NCBI GenBank assembly: GCA_913777475.1
Contig: CAJYRW010000087.1
Coordinates: 5,904-69,903 of the forward strand
Direction of reading: 5' to 3'
Source of the DNA: an uncultured Sphingomonas sp.
GTDB taxonomy: Bacteria > Pseudomonadota > Alphaproteobacteria > Sphingomonadales > Sphingomonadaceae
DNA: 64,000 nt
The notes under the pieces were generated by a model. That model was not told the origin of the DNA. It saw only the letters and a list, made by a program, of their open reading frames with translations, and searched no databases. This document shows, in pieces, positions 58,895 to 64,000 of this stretch; position 1 is the stretch's first letter; the number at the start of each line of letters is the position of its first letter. Position numbers and translations under genes: made by a program.

Positions 58895-59028
58895 GGGCGT
58901 GAGGTCCGGCAGATAATTTCGCGCTCGTTCCTAACCGGCTTGGTCGATCATAGCGAGTGAGGATATCGTCATCGCCTGCCGTGGGAATGCCACCGTGTCG
59001 CCACTATATGGGGGCAAAGGATAGACCC

Positions 59029-60135
59029 ATGGAATCGACGCTTTCTTTCGATCGCGGCTCGCACGCGCCTCAGTCCTCGCCCGTCGGGACATCGCCCACG
59101 CGTGTCCCGATCGCGGACGACAAGGCGATGCTGCGCGCCGCCGCCGAACTGACCCGCGACCTGATCGCGCCGCGCCCGGGCCTCTACTGGGCCGACATGG
59201 TGGGCAGCGCGCTGGTCGGTTATGCCGCGCTGGCGGTGGCCGTGACGGCGGCGTCGACGGGCGTGATCGTCGTCGCCTCGGTCGTGGCGGTGCTGGCGCT
59301 CTACCGCGCGTTGCTGTTCATCCACGAAGTCAGCCACATGAAGCATTCGGCGCTGCCGCGGTTCCGCGAAGGCTGGAACGCGCTGGTCGGCGTGCCGCTG
59401 CTGACGCCCGCCTTCATGTATGAGGGGGTGCACAACCTCCACCATGCCAAGACGCGCTATGGTACGGCGGACGATCCCGAATATCTGCCGCTGGCGCTGA
59501 TGAAGCCGTGGACGCTGCCGGTGTTCATCCTGGTGTCCGCGCTGGCACCGCTGGGCCTGCTGATCCGCTTTGCGATCCTGTCGCCGCTGTCCTGGATCAT
59601 CCCCGCCCTGCGCAAGATCGTCGTCGAGCGTTACTCGGCGCTGGCGATCAACCCGCAGTTTCGCCGCCGTATGCCGGAGGGTGAGGCGCTGGTCCGTTTC
59701 AACCGCACCGACGCCGCCGCCTCGATCTGGGCGATCGCGCTGGTGGCGATGGTCGCGACGGGTGTCATCCCGTTGCGCGGCTTCGCGATCGGCTTCGCGA
59801 TCGGCTCGGCCGTCGCCGTGCTGAATCAGGTGCGCACGCTGGTCGCCCATCTCTGGGAGAATGAGGGCGAGCAGATGACCGTCACCGCGCAGTATCTCGA
59901 CTCGGTCAATGTGCCGCCGCCCGCGCTGCTGCCGGGGCTGTGGGCGCCGGTGGGCCTGCGCTATCACGCTCTGCATCACCTGTTGCCGTCGCTGCCCTAT
60001 CATGCGCTGGGCGAGGCACACCGCCGGATCAGCGCGGCGCTGACCCCGGATTCGCCCTATCACAAAGCGAGCTACAAGGGCCTGCCGGGCCTGGTCGCCA
60101 AGATCGGCTTGAGCACGGTGCGTCGGGGCAAGTGA
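59029..60135 (+). CDS. Membrane fatty acid desaturase/hydroxylase
   Basis: Three His boxes: HEVSH, HNLHH, HALHH. Confidence 0.88.
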   Translation: MESTLSFDRGSHAPQSSPVGTSPTRVPIADDKAMLRAAAELTRDLIAPRPGLYWADMVGSALVGYAALAVAVTAASTGVIVVASVVAVLALYRALLFIHEVSHMKHSALPRFREGWNALVGVPLLTPAFMYEGVHNLHHAKTRYGTADDPEYLPLALMKPWTLPVFILVSALAPLGLLIRFAILSPLSWIIPALRKIVVERYSALAINPQFRRRMPEGEALVRFNRTDAAASIWAIALVAMVATGVIPLRGFAIGFAIGSAVAVLNQVRTLVAHLWENEGEQMTVTAQYLDSVNVPPPALLPGLWAPVGLRYHALHHLLPSLPYHALGEAHRRISAALTPDSPYHKASYKGLPGLVAKIGLSTVRRGK

Positions 60136-60160
60136 TCTAAATGGTGAGGGCCTTACGCCC

Positions 60161-61258
60161 TCACTCCTCGGTGCGGAACAACACGGCCTCGCCGATCAGG
60201 AAGAACAGCAGGATCGGTGCCCAGGCGGCGAGGAAGGGCGGGTAGGCACCCAGATCGCCCATCGCCATCGAGAAATTGTCGGCGACGAAATAGGCGAAGC
60301 CCAGCGCCATGCCGATGACGGCACGGACGAACAGCTTGCCCGATCGCGCGATGCCGAACGCCGCGACCGCGCCCAGCAACGGCATCAGCATCGCCGACAT
60401 GGGGGCGGACAGCTTGTGCCAGAGCGACCCCTCCAGCGACTTGGTCGGCCGCCCCGCTTCCTGCAGGTCGGTGATCGCGCTCGACAATGCGCCGAAGGAC
60501 AGGCTGTCGGCATTGACGCTGGCCAGTGTGAGCTGCTCCGGGGTTACCCCGCGCCCGACGATCAGCGAGGGGTATTGGGTCAGTTTACCCGATTTCACCT
60601 CGAACCGCGTCGCCGGGCCGATCTGCCAGCCATCGCCCGCCCGCACGCCGCGTGGGGCGCGCACGATCGCCTGCAGGCTGCCGCCCGCGCGGTCATAGAG
60701 CGTCACGCCGCCCAGTTGCGTCTTGGCCCCGCGCCCCTGAATGAGATCGACCGAGAGCAGGTCGTCACCGTCGCGCACCCAGACATTGGCCCGGTCGCCG
60801 CTGTCGATGGGCAAGGGGCCATACTGCACCTTCTGCCAGGCCGACAGCGTCGCACTGGCGCGCGGCACGATCCGGTCGTTGAAGGCAAAGCTGAACGCTG
60901 CCACGCCCGCGCTGGCGATCAGCAGGGGGGCGAGCACTTGATGCGCCGACATGCCCGCCGCCTTCAGCGCGATGACCTCGGAATTCTGGTTCATCGTGAA
61001 GAAGGTCAGGATCGTGCCGAGCAGCACCGAGAAGGGCAGCAGGAACGACACGATCTGCGGAAGGCGCAGCGAGACATAGCGCCACACCTGCGCCTGTCCG
61101 TTGCCGGGCGCGGCCAGCACCGCACCGGATTCGCTCAGCACGTCGAGCGTCTGGAGCACCAGGGCCACTGCGAACAGGATGGCGAAGGTGCGGACCAGGA
61201 ACATCTTCGCCATGTAGATGGCGATCGTCTTCGACGGGAAAATGTTGGACAGGCTCAT
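60161..61258 (-). CDS. lptG: LptG family permease
   Basis: NSEVIALKAAGMS, 3+3 TM layout, AAWAP. Confidence 0.9.
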   Translation of the reverse strand: MSLSNIFPSKTIAIYMAKMFLVRTFAILFAVALVLQTLDVLSESGAVLAAPGNGQAQVWRYVSLRLPQIVSFLLPFSVLLGTILTFFTMNQNSEVIALKAAGMSAHQVLAPLLIASAGVAAFSFAFNDRIVPRASATLSAWQKVQYGPLPIDSGDRANVWVRDGDDLLSVDLIQGRGAKTQLGGVTLYDRAGGSLQAIVRAPRGVRAGDGWQIGPATRFEVKSGKLTQYPSLIVGRGVTPEQLTLASVNADSLSFGALSSAITDLQEAGRPTKSLEGSLWHKLSAPMSAMLMPLLGAVAAFGIARSGKLFVRAVIGMALGFAYFVADNFSMAMGDLGAYPPFLAAWAPILLFFLIGEAVLFRTEE

Positions 61259-62454
61259 GCCGTGTAGGCCTTTTTGCGGCGGCGGCCGGGTATCCAGCGA
61301 CCGATCGCCTTGGCCAGCTTGGCCACCCCGCGCTCCAGCGCACCGATCGGCTGACCGCCGGGCACATAGGCGGTGACATAATACATCCACAGGACCAGTC
61401 CGGCGAACACGGCAAATGGTCCCCATAGCGCCAGGATCGGGTTCACCCGCCCCAGCGCGCCGATATCGGCGGCATACTGGTTCACCTTGAAATAGGTGAC
61501 CAGCATCACGATCGACAGGAACACGCCGAGTGCCGAGGTCGATCGCTTCGGCGGGATGCCCAGCGATACCGCGAGCAGGGGCAGCAGGAACATCGTCACC
61601 ACCTCGACCACGCGGAAGTGGAACTCGGAGCGGCTGCCGGCGCGTGCCTCGGCACTCTGCGCCTCCTGACCGTGGCGGGCCAGCTCGGGCAGGGTGAACT
61701 CCAGGTCGCGGCCGCCGCGCTGGCGGAAATTGTCGAACTTGGGCAGGTCGATCGGCAGGTCATGGCTGGAGAAGGTCAGCACGCGGGGTGCCTTGAACTC
61801 GGGCCGGTTGTGGATCAGCGTGCCGTTGGTCAGGCGGAAGATGATGACGTTGGGATCGTCGGTCGCCAGGAAGCGCCCCCGCTGCGCCGTCACGCCGATC
61901 CAGTCGCCCTTCGACGTGTTGGCGTGGACGAAGATACCCGACAGGTCGCGGCCATTCTCGCGGCTTTCCTCGATGCGCAGGGTCATGCGGTCGCCCAGAT
62001 GGGTGAACTCGCCGACCTTGATCGAGGCCCCCAGTGCGCCGGTGCGCAGCTCGTAGCGCAGGCCTTCGTAATAATAGCGGGCGACCGGCTGGATATAGCC
62101 GACGATCGCGAAGTTCAGCGCCGCCAGCACGATCGCGTACATGTACGGCACGCGCAGCAGCCGGGTATAGCTCATGCCCACGCCGCGCATCACGTCCAGC
62201 TCGGACGAGGTGGCAAGACGGCGAAAGGCGAGCAGGATGCCCAGCATCAGCCCGATCGGAATGCCCAGCCCCAGATATTCGGGCAGCAGGTTGGCGAGCA
62301 TCCGCCACACCACGCTGATCGGCCCGCCCTCGGTCGCGACGAACTCGAACAGGCGGCGGATGCGGTCGAGCACCAGCAGCATCGCCGAGATGAGCAGCGT
62401 CGCGAACAGCGGCAACGCGATCAACCGGGCCATGTAGCGATCGATGGATTTCAT
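61255..62454 (-). CDS. lptF: LptF family permease
   Basis: IDRYM, SSELDVMRGVGMS, SLGIPPKR. Confidence 0.9.
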   Translation of the reverse strand: MKSIDRYMARLIALPLFATLLISAMLLVLDRIRRLFEFVATEGGPISVVWRMLANLLPEYLGLGIPIGLMLGILLAFRRLATSSELDVMRGVGMSYTRLLRVPYMYAIVLAALNFAIVGYIQPVARYYYEGLRYELRTGALGASIKVGEFTHLGDRMTLRIEESRENGRDLSGIFVHANTSKGDWIGVTAQRGRFLATDDPNVIIFRLTNGTLIHNRPEFKAPRVLTFSSHDLPIDLPKFDNFRQRGGRDLEFTLPELARHGQEAQSAEARAGSRSEFHFRVVEVVTMFLLPLLAVSLGIPPKRSTSALGVFLSIVMLVTYFKVNQYAADIGALGRVNPILALWGPFAVFAGLVLWMYYVTAYVPGGQPIGALERGVAKLAKAIGRWIPGRRRKKAYTA

Positions 62455-62571
62455 GCGGGGGACTTCATCCGGGGGCCATCACTCGCGCGATAAAACGGCC
62501 ATGGCTATACGGGGGCGGGCAGGGCACGTCACCCCTTGTTTGCGCGGGATTATCCCGGCGTCCGACTTGGC

Positions 62572-64000
62572 TCAGGCCGCGGCGCAGACCAGCCCCTCGG
62601 TCCGCTTCAATGCCGCCGCGACGGCGCGTTCCAGCCCGGCGAGGGTGAAGGGCTTGCGCAACACCTCATGCCCCTCGAACCCGGTCGCCTGCGCATCGCC
62701 CGCAAAGCCGGTGACGAACAGCACCGCGACGTCCGGGTGGCGCGGGCGCAGCGCGGCGATCAGCTCGGGGCCGGTCAGATGCGGCATCAGCACGTCCGAC
62801 ACGATCAACCGGATGCCCGGATGCCGCGCCAACAGCCCCTCCGCCTCGCGCGGATCGCCACAGGCGATGGGATCGTGGCCCAGCTCGCCCAGCGCCTCCA
62901 TCGTCGCGGCGAGCACGCGGGGATCATCCTCGACCAGCAGGATGCGCAGCGCCCCCATATCCTCGGCCACGTCGGGGGCGGGGGCGTCCGGCTCGACGGC
63001 GGCGGCCACCGGGCGAGCGATATGGCGCGGTAAATAGAGGCTGACGGTGGTCCCTTCGCCGGGCGCGGTCTGGATCGTGACGTCGCCGCCCATCTGGCCG
63101 ACCAGCCCGAAGATCTGGCTTAGGCCGAGGCCCGTGCCCTTGCCCGCGGGCTTGGTGGTGAAGAAGGGCTCGAACACTCGCTCGACGACCTCGGGCGGCA
63201 TGCCCTCGCCGGTGTCGGTGACCGACAGCAGGACATAATCGCCCGCTCCGCCACGCGGTAGCGTGTCCGCGCCGACCTGCGCCTCGGCGGTGCGGATGGT
63301 CAGCTCGCCGCGCCCGTCCATCGCGTCGCGGGCATTGACCGCCAGGTTCAGGATGGCATTCTCCATTTGCGTCCGATCGCCGAACAGCATCCAGTCGCTC
63401 GTCGCATCCTCGACCGTCACCTTCACCCCGTCGCCCAGCGTCCGGTCGAGCATGTCGCGCATGTCGGCAACCAGCTGGCGCGGGGTCAGGCATTGCGGGG
63501 CCAGTGCCTCTTCGCGGCTGAACATCAGCAGGCGGCGGGTCAGTGCGGCGGCGCGGTGCGCACCTTCGGTCGCGCTCTCCAGATGGCGGTGGACATCCTC
63601 GTTATTCCCGGAGCGCCGGGCGAGTTCCAGCCCGCCCAGAACGACCGCCAGCATATTGTTGAAATCATGCGCGATACCGCCGGTCAGTTGGCCCAGCGCA
63701 TCCATCTTCTGCGCCTGGCGGAGCTTGGCCTCCTGTACCTTCAGCTCCTGGGTCGCGGCTTCGACCGCGTCGGCCAGTTCCTCGGCACGGGCGCGTTCGG
63801 CGCGGGCTTCGGCATGGGCCTCGGCCCGCTCGCCTACCGCGCGCAGGATCAGCCAGCCGAGCAGGATGCCGCCCAGCACCAGCCCGATCACCAACAGCGC
63901 CAGCGCGCCCGCGATCCGGTTGGCGTGGAGCACTGAGTCGCGCGCGGCGGCGCTCCGCTGGTCGAGTAGCACCCGCTCGCCGTCGATCAGCGCATCGAGC
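62572..64000 (-). CDS. Hybrid histidine kinase, probably with CHASE3 sensor (5'-truncated by window edge)
   Basis: [37 protein letters not shown], receiver SDVLMP; I..E..LL..R before the TM helix; frame open to the window end. Confidence 0.9.
   Translation of the reverse strand, partial: LDALIDGERVLLDQRSAAARDSVLHANRIAGALALLVIGLVLGGILLGWLILRAVGERAEAHAEARAERARAEELADAVEAATQELKVQEAKLRQAQKMDALGQLTGGIAHDFNNMLAVVLGGLELARRSGNNEDVHRHLESATEGAHRAAALTRRLLMFSREEALAPQCLTPRQLVADMRDMLDRTLGDGVKVTVEDATSDWMLFGDRTQMENAILNLAVNARDAMDGRGELTIRTAEAQVGADTLPRGGAGDYVLLSVTDTGEGMPPEVVERVFEPFFTTKPAGKGTGLGLSQIFGLVGQMGGDVTIQTAPGEGTTVSLYLPRHIARPVAAAVEPDAPAPDVAEDMGALRILLVEDDPRVLAATMEALGELGHDPIACGDPREAEGLLARHPGIRLIVSDVLMPHLTGPELIAALRPRHPDVAVLFVTGFAGDAQATGFEGHEVLRKPFTLAGLERAVAAALKRTEGLVCAAA

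Overview
GC-rich alphaproteobacterial chromosomal segment, very likely Sphingomonas (inferred from gene order, Cys-rich TonB-dependent receptor, ceramide synthase-like gene beside lptFG, and palindromic intergenic repeats). Most of it is core genome: parC 3' end, CCA enzyme, folB, tonB-exbB-exbD-exbD, dcd, cdd, dnaB, cobA-DUF2849-cysI-DUF934-cysH, selO, thiolase, prepilin peptidase, tamAB, argE, comF-grxC-nitrilase, tRNA-Arg(CCT), lptFG. No transposase, integrase, prophage or CRISPR array was seen. Main findings: (1) an unannotated 17-aa ORF (MLKFILALIYGESIRPW, 44637-44690, minus strand) with its own RBS, terminator and a perfect CtrA box, divergent from an EAL phosphodiesterase / periplasmic-TPR hybrid kinase / single-domain response regulator operon, a candidate peptide-signalling system coupled to c-di-GMP; (2) a four-gene lipid-type cluster (PSD-like, membrane-anchored class III aminotransferase, Mpo1-like, PmtA-like) with Pho-box-like sites upstream of two of its transcription units, a candidate phosphate-starvation lipid pathway next to a sphingolipid locus; (3) a probable sRNA or small ORF ending in ALAA at about 11.0-11.2 kb; (4) a sigma54-type promoter upstream of two paralogous secreted Cys-pair proteins. 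All functional calls come from motif recognition by eye; no database searches were run.
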